Source: the human T2T-CHM13v2.0 reference genome, Homo sapiens. Taken from it: a DNA stretch of 64,000 nt. Under the pieces are notes generated by a model that had not been told where the DNA came from, made no database searches, and worked only from the letters and a program-made list of their open reading frames with translations. Below are positions 1 through 16,077 of the stretch, piece after piece (position 1 is the stretch's first letter; each line of letters starts with the position of its first letter). The translations under genes and the position numbers were made by a program. Location: the NCBI RefSeq assembly GCF_009914755.1, contig NC_060932.1. One strand, given 5' to 3'.

Positions 1-372
1 AAGAAGTAAAAGCAATGGTCAACCTTTTTCTCTGTTGCTTGAGAGTTTGCAAAGCAGCCTAACTTCCAGGATCTTTAAACAGGAGCTCTCTAAATATCAA
101 CAGGTCTGCAAATGTTTAGAGCAAGTTAGGTGGAAATGCTAGGACTCAACCCTTCTGAGTTTAAATTTTGTTCCTTTTTATTTTTTCTATTATATCATCT
201 CACCTGTCTGAAGCAGAGAAGTTTATAATCCACTTTGTGTATGGAGAACCTGTATCCACAAAAAGTTTAATAACACACCCCATTATTAAGATGCTTGATG
301 GGGCTTTCTAGAGCCCTGCAGGAATGCAGAGGAAGGGGATCCTCTGAGCTAGACCGTGAAAGGCACCTTTTT

Positions 373-650
<278 letters not shown>

Positions 651-968
651 TGAGGCAGGGTTCGGGAGAAGGATTAAATGTGGAAATCCCATGAGCAAGG
701 GAGTGAAAGCAGAAATAAGTCATTGCCTCTCTTTCTTTCTTCCTTCTTTTCCAAGTGCCTCTCTTTTTCTTTCTTCATGTCCTTCTGTACTTCCTTCTAC
801 CCCCAGTAGAAATCGTGACCAATGCTGGGTTTTTGTTTCATTTTGTTTTTTCACAGCCTCTAAGAATAAAGTAAAGAGAGAGAGACAGAGAGAGAGATTG
901 GTCAGGGCAAAGGGAGTAACCAAAGAGAGAACTATGTAACATTTTCCCTTTTAGTCCCAACCTACCTG

Positions 969-1051
969 TAGGTTGAATCATATGAAATTGAAAGTATTTG
1001 TTTTTTTTTTAATTTCCTTTAAATACATCAACTTCATGTACTTCAACTTAA
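969..1051. mobile_element. MADE2-like mariner MITE
   Basis: Imperfect terminal inverted repeats TAGGTTGAATCATATGAAATTG ... CAACTTCATGTACTTCAACTTAA, ~80 bp. Confidence 0.75.
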
Positions 1052-1309
1052 ATATATGAGGATGTTAATAAAAATATTTCTGGATAAAGCCCAGTAAAAT
1101 ATGGGAGTAGTCTTTATCAAATCAGTGTGGGATTGGATGCCAACTCTCGGATGGCCCCATGACACCAGCTACAAGAACCCTCATCCTACTGCCTCTCCTG
1201 GGTACCACTGTCTTATTCACGGTCCTTTTATAGGCATCTTTAAAACAGAGCCACCCTGGGAGGTGGGAGGGCTTGTTATCGCCACTTGACTGCCATGAAA
1301 CCAAGAGTT

Positions 1310-1535
1310 CATCTGAAAAAGCACAGACCTTGGTTTGAATCCAGAACTTTCCAATTCCTGGCCATGTAATCTTAGGCAAGGTATTTGCCTTATCTTGGCC
1401 TCAGTTTCACATGTAATGAATGGGATGACATGTATCATATCACAATCATGCATCACTACATGAGAACATGCATGCAAAGCACTTTATCACAGTTCCCAGA
1501 CCAGAGTGAGAAATAAATGGGAGCTGTTTTGAAAT
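1310..1535 (+). mobile_element. MIR SINE
   Basis: MIR core-like motifs (GGTTTGAATCC...GGCCTCAGTTTC...AAAGCACTT). Confidence 0.75.
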
Positions 1536-1561
1536 ACATTATTACTAATAATAACCCATGG

Positions 1562-2093
1562 TGTAGGGGAGAGAAGATTTTCCCTCTACCTTTGAGGGTT
1601 TGATAGTTGCATCTTTGAAATACACTGTCAATAGGCAGATTAACTGGAGAAAAAGTATACAGAATTATCACACGCACAGGGATCATAGGAAAGAAAAGGG
1701 AACACTCAAAACCCAGTAAGATTTAGGAGCTTATTGGCTTTCTTCATAAGGGAGAAGGGAACGGGGCTGTAGGCAATTTAGGACAGAGTAAACGATTTGG
1801 GGGAAAGATGAATGGGCCCTTAGGAGAACAGATGATAGTTTGTGACAAAACTTAGGGGTGGGGTGTCGACTTCCAGGCCCCTGTCCTGTGATATGCGTTA
1901 ATCCTCCCGGGTTGATGAAACTCCAGGGAGGGAATGATGAGAGTTGAGCTGTTTTTGGAGGATCTGTCTTTAGGCAGTTAAAGAGGATTCAGAGAAAACC
2001 TCTCCCTACATTTGCTGTTTTTTAAGTACCCTTGGCTTGAAGTAATCAATATACCAAAGAAGCATATTTTGGGGTGACATTTCCTGAACTTCA
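1562..2093 (-). mobile_element. ERV1 solo LTR, MER34/MER39-like
   Basis: TG...CA ends; minus strand starts TGAAGTTCAGGAAATGTCACCCCAAAATATG as in MER34-group LTRs. Confidence 0.7.
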
Positions 2094-2484
2094 GTAGGGA
2101 GGCCTGAATGAACGTAACAATTCAGAAATTGGGTCTTCATATGCTCACTTTGCCAGATTTGGAAGCAATACAGGGAGAAGAGGATTGCTGCTTGTGTATC
2201 TGTAGACAGGTGGTTAAATGCCTGTGAAGTGCTTCATCTGGCTGAGACACCAGGGAGGCAGGCTGCATGGCCCCTCTCCAGGTGACAGCTGTCCATCTGT
2301 CAGGTGCACAGCCCATCTGGCTGCTGGAGAGTGATGTAGGAACATGACAATGGCAGGAGAGGCTTGTGAAATATAAAAAAGGCTACAATAGTTCTGCCAG
2401 TGAACGGGCCACAGTGGTTATCAAACTTCTATGCATCCAAACCATCCAAGAGGTACTAAATAGAGCTTTGCTTGCTTGCATTCT

Positions 2485-2780
<296 letters not shown>

Positions 2781-3046
2781 GTGCTTGCTAGCATTCCACA
2801 AGAGCAGCTTGATTTTCCTGGTCAAAGGCTCCACGTGCGATTTAAGAGGGCAGATTGTCCTATCCCCTCAGAAATGGGAGATTTATTCTTGTATTCTCAT
2901 TTATGGGGTATGGAAGTGTAAAAAACACACCTAATGTGTGTCAGTAACTGTGCTCTGAAAATGCAAAGGTAAGTAAGACGTCCATCAAGGAGCTTGAACC
3001 TGAGTGGAGAAGATCAAGAAACAGACTCAGTTTTAATACAGAGTGA

Positions 3047-3417
3047 AGGGGCAGACGCAAAATCTGTGGGGCCTAAAGCTTATACTATTTACTGAGGGTC
3101 TCTTAGAAATCATAACAACAAAATAAAATAACAAAATTAGGTATTAAAGTGCATGAGTAAATATTTGTTTAGAATGAGAAAATAAATCACAACAGATTCC
3201 TGGAAACTTTTGCAATGCAGATCTCTTTCTTCTGGGTTTTCTTTGGGCAATTTACCGGAAAAAAAAAAAATGTACATATAAAGTCTTGTTTATTGCTCTC
3301 TGCCTTCTCTTCCCCACTTAGAACACTCCCTCAATGATGCCTGCCACTCAAAGAGGCCCCTGTCGGGAGAGGCCCTGAGGCTTAGGCATTATTAGCCTCA
3401 AGGCCAATTCACTTCTG
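3047..3417 (+). mobile_element. ORSL-like hAT-Tip100 DNA transposon
   Basis: Starts AGGGGCAGA..TGTGGGGCCTAAAGCTTATAC, ends CCCTGAGGCTTAGGCATTATTAGCCTC..CTTCTG; flanking AGAGTGA repeat at 3040-3046 and 3418-3424. Confidence 0.65.
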
Positions 3418-3429
3418 AGAGTGAGAGTT

Positions 3430-3431
<2 letters not shown>

Positions 3432-3481
<50 letters not shown>

Positions 3482-3518
3482 TGTAGGTAAATGCAGTGTG
3501 TATTGTAGGTAAATGCAG
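3432..3518. repeat. (GT)~24 microsatellite followed by a 22 bp tandem duplication
   Basis: GT run, then TGTGTATTGTAGGTAAATGCAG x2. Confidence 0.95.
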
Positions 3519-4119
3519 GATGAAGCCTTCCTGGAGGAGACCAGTGAGCTGAGCTTGGAGAGATGTGAGCAATTAGCTCGGGGGATGGGGAGGGAATGAA
3601 GCTTCCAGACAAAGTCAGCAACCTATGCAAGGGGGAGGGTTGGCAAGTGGATTTGGGGATCACTGTGCTACTGCGTGTTGGTTGCTATGATCAAAAATGT
3701 GTTTGTAGGTAAAAGGGTGTTTAGAGCAAAATTTCCCATTGACTTGTAAAATTTGGACCCTGGAGCATGGAAAAGTGGGCCATAAGCATTAGAAGCAAAA
3801 TGCAGCCCACCTTATTCACACGTTCCAGACCTCTAAGGTCAAAGTGCTTCCTTTTTTATTACCCAGAGCTGTTCTTCTGGGAATGTTAAGTCCCCTCCTT
3901 TCCCATATTTGGGAATGAATGCAGAGAAGGCTCCTCTCATCAGGAGTGCTTACCAGCCTGCCTCACTCCCTCTCCTCTTTGCTGCCTTCGAGTTGTGTTA
4001 CTGACATTTTTGAAAGGGCAATATCTCCCCTCCTCCCTGGGCCCTGTTATTTAAAAAGAGGTATTTTAAAACATTTTCTAGCCAAACCAGCGAACTATCA
4101 TGATCTGTCCTGAACACTG

Positions 4120-4330
4120 TCAATGCTCATTAAATATATGTTGGCGTTCGTTGCTGAGTCCTGAGTTCCAGTCCCTATTCTGTGGTTTAATCACTGGAAG
4201 GCTTTGGGCAAGTAACTTAGTTTTCTTAGCCTTAGTTTCCTTATGTCAGGAGGCTAAATGCGATATGAGTGTAAGTTGTTTATCACAGTGCCCAACACGA
4301 AGGAAGCCTTCCATTGATGGAAGCTGTAAG
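4120..4330 (+). mobile_element. MIR SINE
   Basis: CCTGAGTTCCAGTCCC...TTGGGCAAGTAACTTAG...CCTTAGTTTCCT. Confidence 0.65.
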
Positions 4331-4334
4331 ACAA

Positions 4335-4840
4335 CCATTCATTCTTTCATCAGATTTGCTGAAACCTATGGGTGTGAAGATGAAGATGACAAACCCTGCT
4401 TGGGAGAAGCTCATGGTTCCATGTGAGATACCAGAACATAAATGAATGAGGACACTCTGTTGCAATGGAGCTTGGATAGAGCAGGACCAATATTCTCTGG
4501 AATAACTCCTCTTTGCACCTAAGTAGGCAATGGTTAGAGCTCCGTGCAGCAAAGGGAGTAGACATTTGCCAGGTAAATGTGTTGAAAAAGGGCGACCCTG
4601 GCAGAAAGCAAAGCATGCCCACGTTTGTGGAGGCCGAACCTATAATTATCTGATTCTGGGAGTGCAGGCAGGAGGGAGAAAATGAGATAAACAGGGGAAC
4701 AGAGGACTGATGCAAAGGTTTTATATATGGGGCTAAGGAATTCAAAGTTTGCTTTATAGGACTCAAGAAGACAACACATAAATTTTAGCAGAGGAATTAT
4801 TCATACAGGGTTGTGTCTTACCAAGATTGTCTTTGCTGTG
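4335..4840 (-). mobile_element. L2 fragment
   Basis: CATTCATTC 3' end motif followed by degenerate L2 sequence. Confidence 0.55.
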
Positions 4841-5541
4841 CTGTGGTAGATAGGCTGATGTGTGTGTGTATGGGGGATAGAGGGAAGACCAGGTAGAAAG
4901 GCAGCTTCACTGGTGTTTCCCCAACTCTGACTTCACAGACATGCTATACAATTTACAATCAATTTATTGTTATTCATTTATAAATTCTGTATTCACTCCA
5001 GAGGTGAACAGTTAAGAAGAAACCCTAGATTTAGAAAACTATATATTTCTTTCTTTGTCATCATTTTTGGTGTGTGCTCCATCCTGAACCTTAAATCACA
5101 CTCCGTGTCCTGCACATTAGCCTGGGGGCTAGCACATAAAATCCACAGACAGCAACCCCAGCTCTGAGCAATTGTCCATCTGTTTGCTCTCTCTCTTAAT
5201 AATAGCAGCTGCCACTTACTCATCCAACAAATGTAAGCAGAATGCCTGCCACGTATCTGGCCCTGAATTACAAGGTAGAAATAAAAAACTGAGTAATGTA
5301 ACCAGATTATCTGCCTTTGAAAAATGTGTACACTGATAGAGAACTTTTTATAGACTAGATGCATTTTTCCCCATGTGCTTCTCCCAACAATAATATCAGA
5401 TGCAGATATCATTATCCCCACTTCAGAAATTAGAAAATAGTATAAGGAGGCTAGGTAACTTGTCCAAAGCATATGAATAGAATTTCTTTCTTGTTCTTAA
5501 CTATTAGTCCTTTATTCTTAATCATTACCTTGCTAGAAGGG

Positions 5542-5991
5542 CGCCATGGTTTGAATGTGGTTTCCCCACTAAAACTCATGTTGAAATTAGAAGCCTCATG
5601 TTATGGTGTTGAGAGGTGGGGCCTAGTGGGAGGTGTTTGCATCATGAGTGTGGGTCCCTCCTTAATGCCATTCCGCAGTGGCAAGTGAGTTCTTGCTTTC
5701 TCAGGAATGGATTAGTTCTGCAAGACTGCAGAACATATTGAAGGAGTCCTCCTTCTTTTATTCTTTTGTTTTTCTAACTTTCTATCTTGCCACGTAGTCT
5801 CTTGGCACACACCTGCCCCCCTTCCACTTTTTGCCATGAGTGGAAGCAGTGTGAGGGAGGCCTTCAGCAGATGCAGCTGCCTAACCTTGAACTTTCCAAC
5901 CACCAGAATCATAAGCTAAATAAAGCTCTTATCTTTATAAATTACTCAGCCTCACAAGTTCTGTTACAGCAACACAAAATGGACTAAGAGA
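5542..5991 (+). mobile_element. MaLR solo LTR, MSTB-like
   Basis: (T)GCCATGGTTTGAATGTG...AACTCATGTTGAAAT to CAGCAACACAAAATGGACTAAGA; near-TSD AAGGG/GAGGG. Confidence 0.85.
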
Positions 5992-6320
5992 GAGGGGAAC
6001 TTATTTCCCACTCCTGAGGTCCCCTTTTATGAGGAGGAAACTCCACCAGCAAAATGCAACTGTCCCCTCTGCTCTCTCCAGATGAGAAGTGACTTGAGGA
6101 AGCAGCAATTTGGAAGGAGACACTCTCCCTATCTTACCCCTTACTCTCACCTCCTCTTGGACTTGACCAATCTCAAAGCATACCCTCTGCCATCTTCCTC
6201 TATGCCCCACCTGCCATCAAAAAATTTCATCACTGAATGTTTATGTAACTCATCCATAGTCACATGTAGACTTGGGGCAGGGAGTTTTACCTGAGTCTGC
6301 ATCCTTGACCACTGCATTAG

Positions 6321-6747
<427 letters not shown>

Positions 6748-6817
6748 ACCTCCTCTTCTTATAAGAGCACCAGTAACTCTATTAGGGCCCACTCCAATGA
6801 TCTCATTTAACCTTAAC

Positions 6818-7272
<455 letters not shown>

Positions 7273-7278
7273 TAATGA

Positions 7279-7470
7279 TTTCTTTCTTTCTTTTTCTTTT
7301 TCTCTTTCTTTCTTTTCTTTCTTTCTCTCTTTCTTTCTCTTTCTCTCTTTCCTTCTTTTTTCTTTCTTTTTCTTTCTTTCTTTCTTTCTCCTTCCTTCCT
7401 TCCTTTTCTTTCTTTTCTTTCTTTCTTTCCTTCCTTCCTTCCTTCTTTCCCTTTCTTTCTTTCTTTCTTC

Positions 7471-7503
<33 letters not shown>

Positions 7504-7566
7504 TTCCTTTTCTTTCTTTTCTTTCTTTCTTTCCTTCCTTCCTTCCTTCTTTCCCTTTCTTTCTTC

Positions 7567-7609
<43 letters not shown>

Positions 7610-7611
7610 TC

Positions 7612-7694
<83 letters not shown>

Positions 7695-7699
7695 TTTCT
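7279..7699. repeat. Polypyrimidine (TTTC/TTCC)n tract, the expanded tail of the adjacent Alu
   Basis: ~420 nt of C/T only, abutting the Alu 3' end. Confidence 0.97.
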
Positions 7700-7987
7700 G
7701 AAACAGGCTATCACTCTGTCACCAGGGCTGGAGTGCAATGGTACAAACATGGCTCACTGCTGCCTCAGTCTCCTGGGCTCAAGTGATCCTCCAGCCTCAG
7801 CAAGTCCTTCCCATGTAGCTGGGACCACAGGCATGTGCCACCCTGCCTAGCTAATTTTTTTGACTTTTTGTATAGACTCGATCTCACTTTGTTGCCCAGG
7901 CTGGTCTTGAACTCCTGGGCTTAATCAATCCTCCAACTCAACCTCCCTAAGTGCTGGGATTCCTGGCATGAGCCACCAAGCCTGGCC
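7700..7987 (-). mobile_element. AluJ-like
   Basis: Diverged reverse Alu (CTCCTGGGCTCAAGTGATCCTCC). Confidence 0.93.
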
Positions 7988-8492
7988 CTTAATAACCTCT
8001 TTAAAAAGTCTGTCCCCAAAAACAGTCAGTCACATTCTGAGGTACTGGGGATTTGGACTCTAACAGATTAATTTGGGTGGGAGACCCAATTCAGTCTATA
8101 GCAACCACTCCACTAGACTGTCTCTTTAGTGGCCAGAAGACAATGGGTACAAAAGCAACAGAATGTAAGGGGAAACATTCTCAGGAAGGTATAAATAAAT
8201 GCCTTCCTGAGATATTAATTTATAATAAATAAACTGCAACCTGAGGTTGGTGCAAACATAACTGCAACACATCTTTATTAATCAAAATAGCAACCATTAC
8301 AATTACAATCAACATATTTTTGCCAATGAGAAATAAGTTTGCTTATTCCTGTAGCATAAAAATCCATGCTTAGGGTTTTAATGAACTCTTGAAAAGCATT
8401 TTCTGCGTCCTGTTGGTTGTGAAGCGTTTTCCCTGCAAAAAGTTGTCAAGATGCTTGAAGAACTGGTAGTCAGTTGGCAAGAGGTCAGGTGA

Positions 8493-8811
<319 letters not shown>

Positions 8812-9049
8812 TAATTTGTTCAGCTTTTGAAGCATTGGCTGTGTGACGTGCAGTTGGGTGTTGTCGTGGAGAATTGGGCCCTTTCTGTTGATCAATGGCA
8901 GCTGCAGCCATTGTAGTTTTCAGTGTAGCTCATCAATTTGCTGAGCATACTTCTCAGATGTAATGGTTTCGGCGGGATTCGGAAAGCTGTAGTGGATCAG
9001 ACCAACAGCAGATCACCAAACAGTGACCATGACCTTTTGTTGGGGGGTT

Positions 9050-9659
<610 letters not shown>

Positions 9660-10705
9660 TAATGGTTGATGTTGAGTTCCTTGACAACTTCTCCTGTAGC
9701 TGTAAGAAGATCAGCCTCAACGATTGCTCTCACTTGGTCATTGTCAACTTCCGATGGCTGGTCCCTATGTTCCTCATCTTTAAGGCTCTCGTCTCCTTTG
9801 CAAAACTTCTTGAACCATGACTGCACTGTATGTTCATTAGCAGTTCCTGGGCCAAAGGCATTGGTGATGTTGTGAGTTGTCTCTGCTGCTTTACAACCCA
9901 TTTTGAACTCGAATAAGAAAATCACTCGAATTTGCATTTTGTCCATAGTCTAAAATCAACATAAAATCAAAAGCAAGTAATGTCATTGGTAAAAAACATA
10001 AAGCAAGAAATGCACATTAAAATGATGTGTAATGTAACCACATTTAAGAATGTATTCCAATATCAAATGGCAAATTTCAACAATGCAGAAACCGCAATTA
10101 CTTTTGCACCAACCTAATACATGTGGGAATTAAGAGGAAAGAATTATCTCTAGCTTTTGAAATGTGGCAGGGACTTGAGGAAGAAACAAAATGTCCGTCA
10201 GTGTTTTTAGCCACAGCAATCAAGACCAACTCTGGCTTTCATAAAGAGATTTTTTTTTTTTTAATTCTGGGAAGAATACCAGGAGACTCATAGAATACAA
10301 GGAAAGAATGAAGAGTATGACTTGTGAGAAAATAAATAGAAGTTTTTCCAAGAGGTCTGGGTAGCAGGAACCAATGAAGAGCTTCTTCAGAATGGCTCTT
10401 CCAGAATGAATCTGTGTGTTTCTTCTGCCATTACAGCACATCCCTTGAGAGTCACATTCCAAAGATAGGAAATTGAACAAGCCTATCTTGAGACGTGTGT
10501 CCACTCTTTGGCTTGGGGAACATAGGACACTTGGAAAAAAGGCTGTATCCAATAGCAGTAGGTGGTACCCTAAAAGATATCAAGACAGTAGGAGTAACAG
10601 CTGAACAGGCAAAGGGAGCACCACAAGTGGATATATCATTCTGATGCTAAAGCTGGGGAAACTGAGACTTAGCTTTAGGGATAACTGATATCTTAAGAGA
10701 CTCAG

Positions 10706-11079
<374 letters not shown>

Positions 11080-12132
11080 TTACCCCATAGTGCATCAGTC
11101 TGCCCGCTCCCAGAGTGAATACATTAATATATGAGTACATATATAAATAAACAGGCAAATGCATGACTAGGCAAGAATTCCAGAATTTCAATCCACTTAC
11201 TTCTATATACTCACTTTCACTACTAAATTGAATTGAAGGCCTAGGTATGCTTAATAAGAAAGCTTTCTTTATTTGGTTATCATCAATATTCAATGAAGAA
11301 TTTGAATCCACATAATCCACTTATTGTAAAAGAGGTGCAAGTTCTAGTTTTTCCTCTTGTCAATTCACCTGGTCCTTGACGAGCTGAGGAGTATTTGTAT
11401 GCAGCTAAACTCCTGCAGGTGATCTCTGCTTTTCTGCCATTGTCAAGCCCACCAGGCAGGGGTCAGGTCCAACTCTGTGTTCACAGTAGCACTTGATCCA
11501 TTATTGTAACTAACAAAGTGAACAGCTTTGTCTTATACATGCAAGAAGGAAGACGTCACTTCCATGTTTGGGGAAAGGGGGTTGAGATGTGGCAGGAAGA
11601 CAACAAGCTCTGCATCAATCAATTTATCAGGTATTTATTGAGCCTCCACCTATGTGTTCAGTGCTAAGCAAGCCCACAAGTGAAAAAGCAAATGAATAAG
11701 CCAACAGGTGCTTCTCAGGAATGCTTCATCTCTATAGCTTAGTAACTGAGACCTGAGAGCTGGCATGTTAGACAAACCCAGACATCTACAGGATACCTGA
11801 CCAGTACACCTTAAGACTGCCAAGGTCATGAAGAGCAAGGAAGGACTAAGAAACCGTAGTAGACCACAGGAGAGTGAGAAGACATAGCTACTAAATGCAA
11901 TGTGTTATTCTGGTTTGCCTGGTGAAATAGAGAGAGAATTGTATTGTGGTAAATAGTGTCCCCCAAAAAAAATGTATTTCCACCAATAACCTGTGACTGT
12001 GACCTTATTTGGAAATAGGGCCTTTGCAGATGTAATCAAGTTAAAATGAGATCACACTGGGTTAGGGTGGGCCATAAAGCAATATGAGAAGAGAAAATGT
12101 TGTATACAGAGACACAGACATAGGCAAGATCA

Positions 12133-12494
<362 letters not shown>

Positions 12495-12615
12495 GAAACA
12501 GCAAGGACTGCCAGCAACCACCAGAAGCTAGAAGAGGAAATGCGAAACACTTCCCTCGTGCCTTCAGAGGGAGCATGGCTTTCTGGGCACCTTGATTTTG
12601 GACACCTAGCCTCAG

Positions 12616-12885
12616 TCAATTTTTACTGTGCCAGTCACTGCCGAAGTTAATAACAGTGCTCACATTTACACTCAGACATACACACACACTAGTAAGTGTT
12701 AGTGCTTACTGTGTGCAAAGACCTACTACCTGGCTCTTTGCATGCATTTTTTTTCTTTCTGTTTTTTTGTTTGTTTGTTTTGTTTTGTTTTGTTTTGAGA
12801 CAGGGTCTCACTCTGTCAGCCAGGCTGGAGTGCAGGGGTGCAATCTTGGTTCACTACAATCTCTGCCTCCCAGGTTCAAGAGATT
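12616..12885 (-). repeat. Inverted local copy of ~14225-14500 (Alu 3' part, tail and flank)
   Basis: AGTTAATAACAGTGCTC.CAT.TACACTCAGACA...CACTAGTAA is the reverse complement of ~14425-14476. Confidence 0.85.
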
Positions 12886-13046
12886 GAAACAACAGAATAA
12901 GTTTCTGTTGTTGTTAGCCACCCAGCCTGTGGTATGTTGTTATGGCAGCCATGAAAAACTAATATAAGGACATTAATAGAAAAAAATGTTAAACATAGAT
13001 AAAAGCTGGGGCTCAGTCAATAATAATGTACTGATGTTGATTTCTT

Positions 13047-13179
13047 TCTTTTTTTTTTTGTTTGTTTGTTTTAAGGAGCAAGGAGTTTAATAGGCAAGAA
13101 AGAAGGGGGAAGAAAGAAAGAAGCTCCCCTGTACAGAGATAGAGGGAGGGGGGCTCCAAAGCTGAGAGATGGAACCCCA
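13047..13179 (-). mobile_element. L1-mediated retrocopy of an ERV1 LTR R-region transcript (family uncertain, LTR25-like from memory)
   Basis: 14 bp TSD GATGTTGATTTCTT (13033-13046, 13180-13193); ATTAAA then poly(A) on the minus strand. Confidence 0.75.
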
Positions 13180-13849
13180 GATGTTGATTTCTTAGTTTGA
13201 CAAACCTACCACCATAATATAAGATGTCACCAATAGAGTAAATTGGGTGAAGATTATACCAGGATTCTGTGTGCTATCTTTACAAGTTCTCTGTAAATAT
13301 AAAATTATTCCAAAAATGTTTTTAAAGTTTATTTTGGGGGAAGAAAAAGCAACACACAGGCTGTGTCATCTTTGAATGATCAGCTCCCTAAGCTTTGGTC
13401 TCTTCATGCATTAAATGGAGATAATCACAGCCCTGCTCAGAGTTGAGGGTTTTAAAATGCGATAATGCATAGAAAGTGCTTAGCAGGTCACGCCTTTTTC
13501 CATTTTGATTCTGTCACTTGGTCTATTTGCCAGCCTTTCCAAAATCATGTCACAATGAATTTGCCCAGTTCGTGCCCTCCTTCATGCTGTTGCTTAAAAT
13601 ATTAACAGTGAAAAGGACAGGACCCTTCAGGCTGCTGCTGGATTCAGTGGCAGCAACTCCACTGAACGAGGACAGTCTTCCAATTCGCTATGGATCCAGC
13701 AAACTCATGTGTTCCATCTCAGGTTAAAATCTAGGCACCCCATGAATCAATATTTCCCACATGCCTAGTAATTGAGTAATCTTAATAAAAAATAAGTGAA
13801 GTTACGCTAGGTCAGATATAATGCAGACAAGGAAAAATTTTTAAGTGAC

Positions 13850-14389
<540 letters not shown>

Positions 14390-15374
14390 CTAAGCCACAG
14401 GCCTTTGCACACAATAACCACTGATATTTACTAGTGTGTGTGTGTCTGAGTGTATATGCGAGCACTGTTATTAACTGGAGTAGTGACTGACATCGTAGGA
14501 ACACAAAAGTAGATGTTTGAGGAAAAACCCTGTACACATGAGAACACAAGGGACCAAAGGGAGGCTGTGACTGGCCCAAGTTCATAGTGCAAGCGAATGG
14601 CAGATGCACCAGTAGAATAGGACTCATGACTCCTAAGGCAGTTACTCTGCAGGAATCTTGGCAATAATCTAACTGCTTCTTATTTTGTAAATATGGAAAG
14701 TGAATCCCAAAAAACCACATGGGATAGAGCTTATCCAGGGCACCATGATATATTAGTGGTAAGTATGACGCCCCATCCCATGTGTTTCAACTCCTGGCCC
14801 ATGTTTTTCTCTGGCTTTTCTGAGTTCTCAATAGTACCTAATAAAATCCATGCATCAAGCATCCAGTCTGCAGGCGAAGAGTTGACTGTTGATATCTAGC
14901 CTCTCAAAAGCCAGGGACAGCTCTGAGAGCTGTCAGACCTTTGGGCGAGGACAGTGAAGATGAGGACAGTAAAGCTCGGCAGCTTTGATTCAAACGTAGC
15001 ACTTGCAGAAAGACCTGTGGTTGTACCTTAATGTAAGTACTGAAAAAAGCACAGTAATCCCAGAGGCTTAGACAGTTTACATCCCAGCTAAGCAGTACTT
15101 TGGGCCCTTGGAAGCACCAAGAATATTCCAACCTAGCCTGGCCTCATTCGGACTGTGGACATATGAGAAAATCACTTCTTTCTGTGCTGCAGTTAATATT
15201 AGAAATAACGGTAACAGAGTTTCAAAGTGCATTGTGGTTTTTTAAAAAGACATTTTGACTGTTAGCCATTGTCTCGTTTGATCCTCACAACAGCACTTCA
15301 GGTTATTATTGTTATTGTTATATAATAGTCCCTATATTATACATAAGAAAACAGGGTCAGGGAGATAAAGTATT

Positions 15375-15741
15375 TAATATGGTTTTGCTCTGGGTCCCCA
15401 CCCAAATCTCATCTTGAATTGTACTCCCATAATTCCCACGGGTTGTGGGAGGTACCTGGTGGGAGATAATTGAATCATGGGGGTGGTTTCTCCCATGTTG
15501 TTCTCATGGTAGTGAAAAAGTCTCATGAGATCTGATGGCTTTATAAAGAGAAACCCCTTTTGCCTGGCTCTATTTGCCTGCTGCCAATTGTGTAAGATGT
15601 GACTTGCTTCTCCTTGCCTTCTGCCATGATTGTGAGGCTTCCCCAGCCATGTGGAACTGTAAGTCAATTAAACCTCTTTCTTTGGTAAATTGCCCAGTCT
15701 TGGGTATGTCTTTATCAGCAGTGTGGAAACAGATGAATAAA
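15375..15741 (+). mobile_element. THE1 (THE1C-like) MaLR solo LTR
   Basis: ATATGGTTTTGCTCTGGGTCCCCACCCAAATCTCATCTTGAATTGTA; 5 bp TSD GTATT. Confidence 0.92.
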
Positions 15742-15789
15742 GTATTGGTGCGTTTATTGACAAATATATATTATCAACAATGATAATAA

Positions 15790-16010
15790 GGAAAACAGTA
15801 GTTGTAGATTTTGCTGAGTATGTATCACTGTCCCAAACATTTTAAATGTATTTGTGGTTTAATTTCCACATAACTCTGTGAGATTGGTGATAACATTGTC
15901 TAGTTTTATTCTGAGACACAGAGAGATTAAGCAACTTTCCTGAGATCACACAGCTAGGAACTGGAGTCAAGATGTGATGCCAGGCAATCTATCCCCAGAG
16001 CTCTTGTTTT
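15790..16010 (-). mobile_element. MIR SINE
   Basis: CTGAGACACAGAGAGATTAAGCAACTTTCCTGAGATCACACAGCTAG. Confidence 0.75.
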
Positions 16011-16077
16011 TACCATAAACTGTAGCAAATGTGGCCTCTTGCTAAACAATAAACTGTTGAAACGAATAAGACATAGG

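Larger units (their letters stand above)
2930..3680 (-). mobile_element. L2 fragment interrupted by a hAT element and a microsatellite
   Basis: L2-like motifs either side (CTGTGCTCTG...CAAGGAGCTT; GCCTTCCTGGAGGAG...GAGCTGAG). Confidence 0.55.

Noticed and set aside
4993-5472. 159 aa minus-strand ORF
   Set aside because: Overlaps MIR-like sequence; no recognisable protein motif or exon context.
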